Shown here: piece after piece, positions 1 through 10,746 of the stretch
Layout of the letters: every line of letters begins with the position of its first letter
How positions within the stretch are numbered: position 1 is the first letter of the stretch
Source of the DNA: Microcystis aeruginosa NIES-2549
Lineage (GTDB): Bacteria; Cyanobacteriota; Cyanobacteriia; Cyanobacteriales; Microcystaceae
NCBI RefSeq assembly: GCF_000981785.2
Contig: NZ_CP011304.1
Coordinates: forward strand, 2,010,001 to 2,042,000
Reading direction: 5' to 3'
DNA length: 32,000 nt
The notes under the pieces: generated by a model
The model's input: the letters and a program-made list of their open reading frames with translations, nothing else
Database searches by the model: none
Told to the model about the DNA's origin: nothing
Program-made: the position numbers and the translations under genes

Positions 1-207
1 TAACCGCTTCAATGCTTCATAAATTTCCTGGGAATCCCCCACGGTTCCCCCGGGGGAGTCAATGCGGAGAAGTAGGGCGGGATATTGCCTTTCTTTGACG
101 ATTTCTAGGGCTTTTAAGACCCTTTTGCGGGTATCGGAGGCAATTGCACCTGTAATTTCTATTCGAGCGATTTGTTTGCGGGTTTTCGGTTTAAAAGGCC
201 AGACCAT
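1..207 (-). CDS. sppA: signal peptide peptidase SppA (36K type), first 69 codons; gene runs off the left edge
   Basis: Own reverse-strand translation from ATG at 207..205: MVWPFKPKTRKQIARIEITGAIASDTRKRVLKALEIVKERQYPALLLRIDSPGGTVGDSQEIYEALKRL. The RIDSPGG motif and N-terminal layout are typical of SppA. The + strand ORF 62..244 is its antisense shadow. Confidence 0.75.
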   Translation of the reverse strand, partial: MVWPFKPKTRKQIARIEITGAIASDTRKRVLKALEIVKERQYPALLLRIDSPGGTVGDSQEIYEALKRL

Positions 208-295
208 CAGGTTTAAATATCTCTCAAAAAAGGACTCTTTCTAATCTAACGCTTTGATCGTTCTAGGTTAAGCAGACATTATATTTCAGAATTTA

Positions 296-324
296 AGGAC
301 AAAATGTCTGGTTAAGTGTATAAT
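296..324 (+). promoter_or_regulatory. candidate sigma70-type promoter for the DUF4160/DUF2442 pair
   Basis: AGGACA (296..301), 17-nt spacer, perfect TATAAT (319..324), about 40 nt upstream of the 365 start. Motif match only. Confidence 0.3.
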
Positions 325-364
325 AGCATTAAGTGACCAGAGTTGAGGTAGGCGAGGTGAAGAT

Positions 365-646
365 TTGGGCAAGGTGGAATCCTTTAATTTAGATGGCTTA
401 GATCTGTTTTTCAATTCTCACGATCATTGGCCACCTCATTTTCATGTTCGTAAACCGGGCCAATGGGAAATTAGAGTTTTTTTCTTACTTTGTAATCAAG
501 AAAATGGTCTAAATTTTCAGGTGAAATGGCCCGCCAATGCCAAAATATCTAGTAAGGAAAAAAAGCAAATACTCGACCACGTTTTAGCCAATCGTTCTAC
601 ACTCCTGATTGAATGGGAGGCAAAGGTCTGTACCTGGGAGAATTAA
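365..646 (+). CDS. DUF4160 domain protein
   Basis: The HDHWPPHFHV motif near the N-terminus is the DUF4160 signature (H-x-PPHFH). TTG start at 365 follows GAGGTG; a GTG at 374 is an alternative start. A partner gene starts 2 nt after the stop. Confidence 0.75.
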   Translation: MGKVESFNLDGLDLFFNSHDHWPPHFHVRKPGQWEIRVFFLLCNQENGLNFQVKWPANAKISSKEKKQILDHVLANRSTLLIEWEAKVCTWEN

Positions 647-648
647 TT

Positions 649-1494
649 ATGTTAAATAAGCCAGAAATTACTGTTATAATTGAGGATAAAGAAATTTATA
701 ATTTCTTGCCAGAGTTTCAATCTGTGCAGATTCTTTCTTTACCAGATTTAAAGAATATTGATTCTTTAAAAAACATCTTTATTTGTACTTCTTTGAACGG
801 TTTAAAATCAGTGTCAGATATTGCCAGAAATGCTAATGATAAACATCATCTGCGAGGTCTTTTTATCCGAGCAGACATTGATTCTATCTGCTTGCCGCAA
901 CTATTTAAACGGGCCAATTTACGCACCCTGCGAAATACCCTCGTTTATCGAGATTTTACTTTACCGACAAGGGTGATTAATGCTTGGAGTTGGGGAGCGC
1001 AAGAGCATTTAATCGCCACAGCTTTAGTTATTGAGGAAAGTTTATTAATCAGTCGCTGTGATCTCAATGAGCTAGAAATTCCCTTTGCATCTATGCCAGC
1101 TTTACAGCGTATTCCTCTAGAAGAAAGAGAGAAGTTTATCATAGCAGAAGATGGTAGTTATATTCATTGGCCAGTCGTGGACATTCATCTTGATATAGAG
1201 GCTTTTTTGAGTGTGATTGAACCAAAAGCAAAACAAAAGTTTGCAGCGATTAAATTAAAACATGATCAGATTTTTGGTCGAGCGATTGCCTCTTTACGCA
1301 AACAGCATCAACTGCGACAATCAGATATTATAGGAGTATCCGAGCGTCAAGTGAGACGCATTGAACAGGGAGAAGGAACAAAGGTAGAAACCCTTAATTT
1401 ATTTGCCCAAGCTCACAAAATGGAACTTAATGATTATCTTGATGCTGTTGCTGGGTTAATCGATAATACTTCAGTAGATTTGCTCCAATCTTAA
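649..1494 (+). CDS. DUF2442-like domain fused to a C-terminal XRE-type HTH, with an uncharacterised ~120-aa N-terminal region
   Basis: The track ORF 613..1494 overlaps the upstream gene; the in-frame ATG at 649 (MLNKPEITV) lies just after the upstream TAA (644..646). FIIAEDGSYIHWPVVDIHLDIEAFL matches the DUF2442 pattern. LRKQHQLRQSDIIGVSERQVRRIEQGEG is a Cro/C1-type HTH. Confidence 0.75.
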   Translation: MLNKPEITVIIEDKEIYNFLPEFQSVQILSLPDLKNIDSLKNIFICTSLNGLKSVSDIARNANDKHHLRGLFIRADIDSICLPQLFKRANLRTLRNTLVYRDFTLPTRVINAWSWGAQEHLIATALVIEESLLISRCDLNELEIPFASMPALQRIPLEEREKFIIAEDGSYIHWPVVDIHLDIEAFLSVIEPKAKQKFAAIKLKHDQIFGRAIASLRKQHQLRQSDIIGVSERQVRRIEQGEGTKVETLNLFAQAHKMELNDYLDAVAGLIDNTSVDLLQS

Positions 1495-1498
1495 GCTT

Positions 1499-4089
<2,591 letters not shown>

Positions 4090-4124
4090 AATAATCTCTA
4101 AAAAAAACTTAATTGAATCTCCTT

Positions 4125-4258
4125 AAGGGGGGTAGGGTTGATTCATGAATCAACCCTACTATAAATCAACCCTACCATGAATCAACCCTACCATGAATCA
4201 ACCCTACTATGAATCAACCCTAGGGTTAGGGGGGAACTGACAATTTTTAACACCTAGC
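4125..4258. repeat. composite repeat: 28-nt perfect palindrome, five 16-nt tandem units, then a conserved tail
   Basis: gtagggttgattc-at-gaatcaaccctac (4132..4159) is a perfect palindrome. Units of atgaatcaaccctacY occupy 4145..4224. The tail ctgacaatttttaacacctag recurs at 29491..29515 and, inverted, at 24366..24390. Confidence 0.85.
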
Positions 4259-4261
4259 TTT

Positions 4262-5584
4262 TTACTTAGATTCGATATCCTCAACTTTTTTGGGAACTGT
4301 TGCAGTTAAAACCTCATTTCCTGTGGCAGTAACTAACACATCATCTTCGATACGGATACCGATACCTCGCCATTTTTCCGGCACTTCTGGCTGTCCTTCA
4401 GCTGGTTTAATATCGGTGGCGATATAAATACCCGGTTCCACGGTTAAAACATGACCAGGCTGCAAAGTTTGCCAAGTTTCTTCGTTAACTTTATAACCTC
4501 CTGCATCATGGACATCTAATCCTAACCAATGACCAGTTCTGTGCATATAAAAAGGCTTATATTTTTCCTCTTTAATTATCTCATCAATATCGCCGACCAA
4601 TAGCCCTAAATCTATTAATCCCTCCACAATTGTCCTCACGGCTGTGTCATGAAAAAGATTATAAGGATTACCTGCTTTCACCACTTCAATCGCCTTTAAT
4701 TGCGCTTCCAGAACAATTTCATAGATAATTTTTTGTTCGGGGGTAAATTTACCATTAACGGGAAAAGTGCGGGTAATATCACCGTTATAGTAATTGTAGG
4801 CACAACCGGCATCAATTAACAAAAGCTCATTTTCTTGTACTTGGCGATTATTGTTGATATAGTGCAGAATACAGGCATTAGCACCACTAGCGACAATAGA
4901 AGGATAAGCCGGACCCATACCCCCTTCTAGACGAAAAGTATGCTCGATTTCCGCTTGAATTTGATACTCATAGTGACCAACTTTGGTAAATTCTCTGGCC
5001 CGATTATGTGCCTGTGCTGAAATAGCAGTTGCTTGGCGAATATTGTCCAATTCGGCTGCGGTTTTCAGCAAGCGCAAAGGATGGAGAATAAAATTAGTAT
5101 CCTCTAAAGCAGTCGGTCCAGTGCCGCGACGGGGAAAAGTGGCGATTAATTTTTGCCAGTGATTGAGAACATTTGTATTAAAAGTTTTGTCCCGTCCGAG
5201 ATGATAATAAATTCTTTCGGCTTTTTCGAGATATTGGGGTAATTTTTCCTCCAATTCTTGGATAGAATAGGCCTCATCAGCACCAAAAATCTCCTTTGCT
5301 CCTTCCACACCGTGGAGATAGCCGGTCCAGGTTTCTTTTTCGGGGTCTTTTGGCTGCACGAACAGGATAAACTGATGTTCGGGGTGATGGGGTGCTAAAA
5401 TCGCCACCGCGTCCGGTTCATTAAATCCTGTCAGGTAAAAAAAGTCACTATCCTGACGATAGGTGTATTCTACGTCATTGTGCATGACCGCCATGGGCGC
5501 ACTGCGAAAAATTGCGGTTCCATTGCCGATTTTTTCCATTACTTGCTGACGACGGTGCTGAAACTCTCTGCGATCGATGCTCAT
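4262..5584 (-). CDS. pepP: Xaa-Pro aminopeptidase (M24B family)
   Basis: N-terminal AMP_N-like region plus the M24 metal ligands (LIDAGC, NGDITRTF, HRTGHWLGLDVHD, VEPGIY, IRIEDD). Start placed at the ATG at 5584 (MSIDRREF, preceded by TAGGA). The track start at 5605 adds 7 codons and is possible. Confidence 0.9.
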   Translation of the reverse strand: MSIDRREFQHRRQQVMEKIGNGTAIFRSAPMAVMHNDVEYTYRQDSDFFYLTGFNEPDAVAILAPHHPEHQFILFVQPKDPEKETWTGYLHGVEGAKEIFGADEAYSIQELEEKLPQYLEKAERIYYHLGRDKTFNTNVLNHWQKLIATFPRRGTGPTALEDTNFILHPLRLLKTAAELDNIRQATAISAQAHNRAREFTKVGHYEYQIQAEIEHTFRLEGGMGPAYPSIVASGANACILHYINNNRQVQENELLLIDAGCAYNYYNGDITRTFPVNGKFTPEQKIIYEIVLEAQLKAIEVVKAGNPYNLFHDTAVRTIVEGLIDLGLLVGDIDEIIKEEKYKPFYMHRTGHWLGLDVHDAGGYKVNEETWQTLQPGHVLTVEPGIYIATDIKPAEGQPEVPEKWRGIGIRIEDDVLVTATGNEVLTATVPKKVEDIESK

Positions 5585-5645
5585 AGATATTCCTAAAAAT
5601 GTCACAATAAGTCTTAGAGTCTATTATCGCTAATCTTTTTAGTTT

Positions 5646-6119
5646 ATGACCCCTGAAGAACCAGATTTTTCCCAAGATATCATCGAAAGGCGTGAGTTTA
5701 CCCTAGCAGATTTTATCGCTCAAGAGGGGGCGGATTTCCTCAAAGGGGAATCACCCGTCCCCAAATTGGTGCAAGTTACCACAGAGATTAAACAATTTAT
5801 TGCCGCTAATTTAGGGGATTCTTCGGGAGCTTTGCAGATAATTTTACAGCTTATCGTCGATGAAGAATTAACCAAAGTCAGTCAAAATTTAGATAATCCC
5901 GTTCAAGCTTTAGAGTTAATCCTAGAAGAAATTTTAGACAATCAAGAATTACTCTATGAATTAGTACACCGAGTCGATGTGAAATGGGGACAATTATACG
6001 GGGAACGTCCCTATTTTCAAAAACCCCATCAAAAACCCCACCCTGAAGACGAATACACCCACAATTCCGTCAGAGATAAGTTAGTCAGTTTATTAGCCAG
6101 ATTAGAACCGAATAAGTAG
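5646..6119 (+). CDS. hypothetical protein, acidic and helical, no recognised domain
   Basis: 157-aa ORF divergent from pepP, with no competing ORF and coding-like composition. Function unknown. Confidence 0.55.
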   Translation: MTPEEPDFSQDIIERREFTLADFIAQEGADFLKGESPVPKLVQVTTEIKQFIAANLGDSSGALQIILQLIVDEELTKVSQNLDNPVQALELILEEILDNQELLYELVHRVDVKWGQLYGERPYFQKPHQKPHPEDEYTHNSVRDKLVSLLARLEPNK

Positions 6120-6133
6120 TAGAGTCTATAGCA

Positions 6134-6215
6134 GTTAGGCTCTCTTATTCTTTGTGTTATGAGTTTAACTTATATAGGAGCGATCAATCTTTGTGTCCTT
6201 TGTGTCTTTGTGGTT
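6134..6215 (+). repeat. half copy of the MITE found complete at 22235..22414
   Basis: gttaggctctcttattctttgtgttatgagttta...agcgatcaatctttgtgtcctttgtgtctttgtggtt matches 22238..22318 closely. I found no matching right inverted repeat downstream. Confidence 0.65.
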
Positions 6216-6413
6216 TTTCCCATAGGAGACTCCGAGACGATTCAAGACATACCTTATCTTTAGGAAAAACTCTGTATTTTAATTATTTCTTAATAGAAAC
6301 CAACAGGACTGACAAGGAGTATCTATCCCTAGACAGACAACCGGGGGGCGGTCAGAGGTGAAAATAGGTGTAAGATCAAAAAATTCTCCGATAACTGTTG
6401 CCCTATCCCCCGC

Positions 6414-7358
6414 GTGCCTACCTATTCCTACTATACCGCCGATGTTTTTAGCGATTGCATTTTTGGCGGTAATCCCTTGGCGGTTTTTCCGGAAGCATCT
6501 GGATTAACCCGCACCCAGATGCAAAAAATCGCCGCCGAATTTAACTTCTCGGAGACAGTCTTCGTTTTTCCGCCAGAAACGCCCCAAGGCACTAAAAAAG
6601 TCCGGATCTTCACCCCCAGTACCGAATTACCCTTTGCAGGGCATCCTACCGTCGGCACAGCCTATATTTTAGCCCTAATCGGTGCTATTCCCCCTTACCG
6701 AGAAACCACGATTTATCTAGAGGAAGGAGTCGGTTTAGTACCGGTAAAAATTCTCATGGAGGGGGAAAAACCGGTCTATAGTGAGTTAAAAGTGGCACAA
6801 TTGCCAGAATTAGTGACGGATACTTATGCTCTCGATGATTTAGCGGCGATTCTTTCCCTAAGCGTTGCCGATTTCTTACCCGGTTATCCCCCCCGCGCCT
6901 TTTCCTGCGGCCTTCCTTTTTTATTCATACCCGTCAAAAATCGCGATATTTTAGGGAAAATAAAACTAAATCTAACTCTCTGGTCATCATTATTGGGACA
7001 ATCCCCCGCTAATTCCCTTTTTGTCTGCTGTTTTGACCTAGAATCTCCCCTATCTCGTCTCTATGGCCGAATGTTTGCCCCCGGTTTAGGAGTTATGGAA
7101 GATCCGGCCACCGGTTCGGCTGTGGCCGCTTTAGCGGGCTACCTAGGAGGGTTAGAATCTTCTAGGGAAGGGATGAATCAATGGACAATAATCCAGGGGG
7201 TGGAAATGGGCAGACCCAGCAGTTTACAATTAAAGTTTCAGAAAAACAACCGTAAAATTACGGAAGTTTCTGTGGGTGGTGCATCAGTTCTGGTCTGCCA
7301 AGGTAAGATGATAATTCCCGATGGGGAAACAAAAAGCCCTACAAAAGGGTCATTGTGA
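6414..7358 (+). CDS. PhzF family isomerase-like protein
   Basis: [35 protein letters not shown] and EDPATGSA are the PhzF/DAP-epimerase-fold family pattern. GTG start. Confidence 0.9.
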   Translation: MPTYSYYTADVFSDCIFGGNPLAVFPEASGLTRTQMQKIAAEFNFSETVFVFPPETPQGTKKVRIFTPSTELPFAGHPTVGTAYILALIGAIPPYRETTIYLEEGVGLVPVKILMEGEKPVYSELKVAQLPELVTDTYALDDLAAILSLSVADFLPGYPPRAFSCGLPFLFIPVKNRDILGKIKLNLTLWSSLLGQSPANSLFVCCFDLESPLSRLYGRMFAPGLGVMEDPATGSAVAALAGYLGGLESSREGMNQWTIIQGVEMGRPSSLQLKFQKNNRKITEVSVGGASVLVCQGKMIIPDGETKSPTKGSL

Positions 7359-7525
7359 TACTAAATCTGTTGAGTATAGGCTACATATCAGGACAGGCAA
7401 AAGGCAATAGGCAATAGGCTTCGGCCGTGAGCTCAGCCTTCGACAAAAGCTCGCCGAACATCCGAGGTCCGAACGGCAAAAGGGGGAATAAATAATCATT
7501 CTTGAATAACCGGATTTAGTATCAC
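7355..7525. mobile_element. 171-bp MITE with perfect 13-bp terminal inverted repeats
   Basis: GTGATACTAAATC (7355..7367) and GATTTAGTATCAC (7513..7525). No coding capacity. The left repeat overlaps the PhzF stop codon. One end recurs at 14093..14152. The interior carries the 22-nt hairpin repeat ggcttcggccgtgagctcagcc, also present at 31699..31720. Confidence 0.7.
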
Positions 7526-7540
7526 TTTCGAGTCAAGAGG

Positions 7541-7585
7541 CAAAAATACAAATAAAGCGAGAACTGTCGCTCTTGCAGTTCCCGC
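7541..7585 (-). terminator. rho-independent terminator of petF
   Basis: gcgagaactg (7557..7566) pairs with cagttcccgc (7576..7585), one mismatch, 9-nt loop. On the minus strand a T-rich run (tttatttgtattttt) follows, about 45 nt after the petF stop. Confidence 0.5.
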
Positions 7586-7628
7586 TCTATTATTGTTGGA
7601 GTATCTAACGCCCGAATATTGAGTTAAA

Positions 7629-7928
7629 TTAGTACAAATCTTCTTCTTTGTGAGTTTCGATCACACAGTTAGAGGTAGGATGGGCGACGCAGGTGAGGAC
7701 ATAACCCGCTTCAATTTGATCCTTATCTAAGAAGGATTGTTCGGATTGATCGACACTACCACTTATAAGTTTACCAGCACAGCTGGAGCAAGCACCAGCG
7801 CGGCAGGAATAAGGTAAGTCCAGTCCTTGCTCTTCAGCTACATCGAGAATGTACTCATTATCGGGAACATTAATTGTAGTCTTAAGTCTTTCAGCTTCAT
7901 GTATCAGGGTGACTTTATAAATTGCCAT
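7629..7928 (-). CDS. petF: plant-type [2Fe-2S] ferredoxin
   Basis: 99 aa with the canonical [11 protein letters not shown]...LTC cluster ligands and a C-terminal EEDLY. Confidence 0.96.
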   Translation of the reverse strand: MAIYKVTLIHEAERLKTTINVPDNEYILDVAEEQGLDLPYSCRAGACSSCAGKLISGSVDQSEQSFLDKDQIEAGYVLTCVAHPTSNCVIETHKEEDLY

Positions 7929-8109
7929 AGGTTGTTCCTCAGTCTCAAAATCCCTTCTCTCCCCGTTCAGTCTAAACGGGTCGAATGAGTTTCCTTTTTG
8001 ATACTACGCGAAAATTTACCCGGCTCAACTTACCATTAGTAATGACAGCCTTAAATAAACTTAAAATAATATTTACTTATCTCTTGAGTAAATAGGGCTT
8101 GCTGAATAA

Positions 8110-8148
8110 GTCTAAAAACCTTGTTGGATAAGGCTTTTAGACTTTTTT
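8110..8148 (+). terminator. orphan hairpin plus T-run (terminator-like)
   Basis: gtctaaaaacc (8110..8120), 11-nt loop, ggcttttagac (8132..8142), then tttttt (8143..8148). No + strand ORF lies upstream. Confidence 0.4.
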
Positions 8149-8245
8149 GATCTCAAAAAGTGCCGACCATTGGAGGGATCGGGGGTAAAATTCAGGTACT
8201 TTTTCCCTGAAAATTAGGTAACTGACTACCTCAAAATCGGTAAAA

Positions 8246-8287
8246 CCCTACACCCCACACCCCACACCCCACACCCTGCCCCCACCA
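8246..8287. repeat. STRR-like heptamer array (CCCCACA type)
   Basis: ccctaca ccccaca ccccaca ccccaca ccctgcc cccacca: six heptamers. G-rich on the minus strand. Confidence 0.9.
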
Positions 8288-8460
8288 ACAAACTTTTTCA
8301 GCAGACCCTAAATAACTCCCGATAGTTGTGGATGAATCGTCAAATAATTTCATCAATCTTTAGGTAATAAGTAGTCGGACAACATTAAAGTTTTTTAGCC
8401 ATCAGCTAGAAAAGCTAAAAGGCAAGAGTTAGGAGTGGGCGAGATGGAGAAGAAACAAGC

Positions 8461-9231
8461 TTAATCCTGCAAAAAAGCGAGAGGATAACTCATATTCTCA
8501 GCAAAGCCCAAGATACCTCCATCTCGATGCTCATAGAGTAAATTTCCTTGACTATCAAATAAAAAAGTCCCTCCCCGTTGGGTGAGATAACTACTATCGG
8601 GGATATATGTTGACCAATTGCCCAAAACTTGACCCATATTACGCAGTCTCAGGGTGGCTAATTCAAAAGGTCGCTGAAAACCTTGACCCCCAGCAAGATT
8701 GAATAGGGAACCCCGGAAAGGTGGTAAAGGCCGCGCTTGCATTGTTTCCTCCTCGGCAATTAATTGGGGGGCTTTGCGATCGCCAAGATAACCCCGCAGC
8801 ACTTCGGCCAGAGTCCCCGGACTACCCACACCCGCACACATCAAAATTAGATTTAACCAGGCATTTTGTCCGGGAGAAAATCCGGGTAATTTTAGCGATA
8901 AACCCCGATAAAGTCCTAATAAATCGTGTAATTCGGCTTTAGGGTCAACAAAAAGCCAATCTTGCCGAAATTTCGTATATTCAGAGAATTTTAAGCCTGA
9001 ATTGCGATCGCCGATACCGATGGCACGAATGGTGATCCCGGCATTTTGCCAAAGGGCTGCCTCTTTTTCTAGCCACCAAGCATATTCGAGACTGTCAAAA
9101 TCTCCCAATTGCGGCCAAACAAGAATTAAAAGACGTTTGTAGTCGCTACAATCGCTTAAAATTGGCACTATTTGCCCATCGCTGACCCTTTGGCGTTGAA
9201 TTGTTGAAAATATTTCATAGCTACTGCTCAT
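8461..9231 (-). CDS. AhpC/TSA-like (peroxiredoxin-like) family protein without the peroxidatic Cys
   Basis: [21 protein letters not shown] and AIGIGD resemble the thioredoxin-fold AhpC_TSA_2-type family. The start overlaps the anmK stop (ATGA). Assigned from memory of the motif. Confidence 0.65.
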   Translation of the reverse strand: MSSSYEIFSTIQRQRVSDGQIVPILSDCSDYKRLLILVWPQLGDFDSLEYAWWLEKEAALWQNAGITIRAIGIGDRNSGLKFSEYTKFRQDWLFVDPKAELHDLLGLYRGLSLKLPGFSPGQNAWLNLILMCAGVGSPGTLAEVLRGYLGDRKAPQLIAEEETMQARPLPPFRGSLFNLAGGQGFQRPFELATLRLRNMGQVLGNWSTYIPDSSYLTQRGGTFLFDSQGNLLYEHRDGGILGFAENMSYPLAFLQD

Positions 9232-10364
9232 CTGTAAATTTCTCCTAATAAAACCTCCTCTTTTGCCCCCGTGACTTGCGGTAAATTACCGGGGAAATCG
9301 TGCCAGCGCCAATAGGCCAAGAGGGCAAAAGCGATCGCTTCTTTAAAATCGCTATTTAATCCTACCTCATCAGTGGTCAAAAGCTTGACATTTGACCCCA
9401 AATGTGTTAGGAGTCGTTGGCGCAGGTAGGCATTGCGAGCGCCACCACCACAGAGCAGCACTTCTGCGGGCATTTCCGGCAAAAAGGTTTGATAGCTGTG
9501 GGCGATCGAAATGGCGGTTAAATCGGTTAAACTAGCCAACCAGTCGGCATCACCGAGGGAATAAGCTTGGGCATCCCGGTGCAATTGGGCTAGATAGGCG
9601 GGACTAAATAACTCTCTGCCAGTGGATTTAGGGGGATATTGTTGAAAATAAGGCTCCTGTAGCCATTTATGAACTAATTCGGGGCAGGGTTGACCCTGGG
9701 ACGACCATTGACCGTTATGGTCGTAGGTTTGTTGGCCTTGGCTCAAAAATTGTACGGCCAAATCGATAAGGACATTGCCGGGGCCGGTATCCCAACCGAA
9801 AATTTTTTGCTGCCAATTTTTCCTTTGTCGAGGGGGTAGATAGGTTAAATTGGCAATACCGCCGATATTTTGGACGCAGCGGGCTTTAGTGGGGTGAGAA
9901 AGCAGATAAGCGTCAATTTTCGGCACTAGGGGCGCACCGTGACCAGCTTGGGCGATATCGGCAGCGCGAAAATTACTAATGGTGGGAATACGGGTAATTT
10001 TTGCGATCGCTGCTCCCCGTCCTAATTGTACCGTGTAACCGAGGCGATCGTTTGCGGGGGGTCGATGAAAAACGGTTTGACCGTGACTGCCGATTAATTG
10101 GGCTTTTGGGGCTTCTTTTTGGATATTTAAGGCGGCTTGGGCAAATTCTGCGGCAATATCATCATCTAAGCTGGCTAAAGCTTCAATAGATAGCTTTTCT
10201 CCCCCACAGACTTGTAAAATTGTCTCGCGTAATTGGGGGGAATAGGGATAGGTTTCCCCTGCTAATAACTGCACCTGTGGAGATTCCACCGTACCGCTAA
10301 TCTCCACTAAAGCGGTATCGATGCCATCCACCGATGTGCCACTCATTAAACCGATAACTAACAA
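9228..10364 (-). CDS. anmK: anhydro-N-acetylmuramic acid kinase
   Basis: The N-terminus [13 protein letters not shown], then [17 protein letters not shown] and CGGGARN are AnmK hallmarks. TTG start at 10364. Confidence 0.93.
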   Translation of the reverse strand: MLVIGLMSGTSVDGIDTALVEISGTVESPQVQLLAGETYPYSPQLRETILQVCGGEKLSIEALASLDDDIAAEFAQAALNIQKEAPKAQLIGSHGQTVFHRPPANDRLGYTVQLGRGAAIAKITRIPTISNFRAADIAQAGHGAPLVPKIDAYLLSHPTKARCVQNIGGIANLTYLPPRQRKNWQQKIFGWDTGPGNVLIDLAVQFLSQGQQTYDHNGQWSSQGQPCPELVHKWLQEPYFQQYPPKSTGRELFSPAYLAQLHRDAQAYSLGDADWLASLTDLTAISIAHSYQTFLPEMPAEVLLCGGGARNAYLRQRLLTHLGSNVKLLTTDEVGLNSDFKEAIAFALLAYWRWHDFPGNLPQVTGAKEEVLLGEIYR

Positions 10365-10397
10365 GTTTTTTCCCTCAAGTGTCGATTGTTGATTATT

Positions 10398-10607
10398 TTA
10401 TCCCCCTCCGACAATAGTAACAATTTCTAATTGATCCCCCTCCTTGATTTCCGTGTTTTCCCAATACTGACGATGGAGGATTTCCCCGTTATATTCCACT
10501 GCAACTAACCGAGGATTCATGCCCAAATTTTCTAGCATTTGCGGTAGTTTAGTTGCGGGTAAACAGGTTTGAGTTTTGCCGTTGATTTGCAAGGTTATTT
10601 CTGACAT
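10398..10607 (-). CDS. thiS: sulfur carrier protein ThiS
   Basis: 69 aa from the ATG at 10607 (MSEITLQINGK...), ending in VTIVGGG. The track start at 10622 is a TTG five codons upstream. Confidence 0.9.
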   Translation of the reverse strand: MSEITLQINGKTQTCLPATKLPQMLENLGMNPRLVAVEYNGEILHRQYWENTEIKEGDQLEIVTIVGGG

Positions 10608-10640
10608 GGATTTCGATATCAACGAATCAAGTTAATCGGA

Positions 10641-10696
10641 GTATTCAGGAGACAGGAGACAGTATTCAGGAGACAGTATTCAGGAGACAGGAGACA
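10641..10696. repeat. interleaved heptamer array (GTATTCA / GGAGACA)
   Basis: Eight heptamers in the thiE-thiS spacer. It is the reverse complement of the family at 17542..17660. Confidence 0.9.
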
Positions 10697-10706
10697 GCTT
10701 TTTTCT

Positions 10707-10746
10707 CCCCACACCCCACACCCTACACCCCCCTCCCCACACCCTA
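10707..10746. repeat. STRR-like heptamer array (CCCCACA type), overlapping the thiE stop
   Basis: ccccaca ccccaca ccctaca cccccct ccccaca ccctac. Same family as 8246..8287. Confidence 0.8.

Noticed and set aside
62-244. 60-aa + strand ORF at the left edge
   Set aside because: It is antisense to a much better reading frame: the N-terminus of SppA on the minus strand, with the RIDSPGG motif. The + frame has no recognisable features.
6152-6361. 69-aa ORF and its look-alike at 22254..22454
   Set aside because: The similarity (MC.F.L.RSDQSLCPLCLCG) is confined to the shared MITE DNA, and the ORFs diverge completely afterwards. The Cys/Leu-rich product comes from a tgtgtc repeat.
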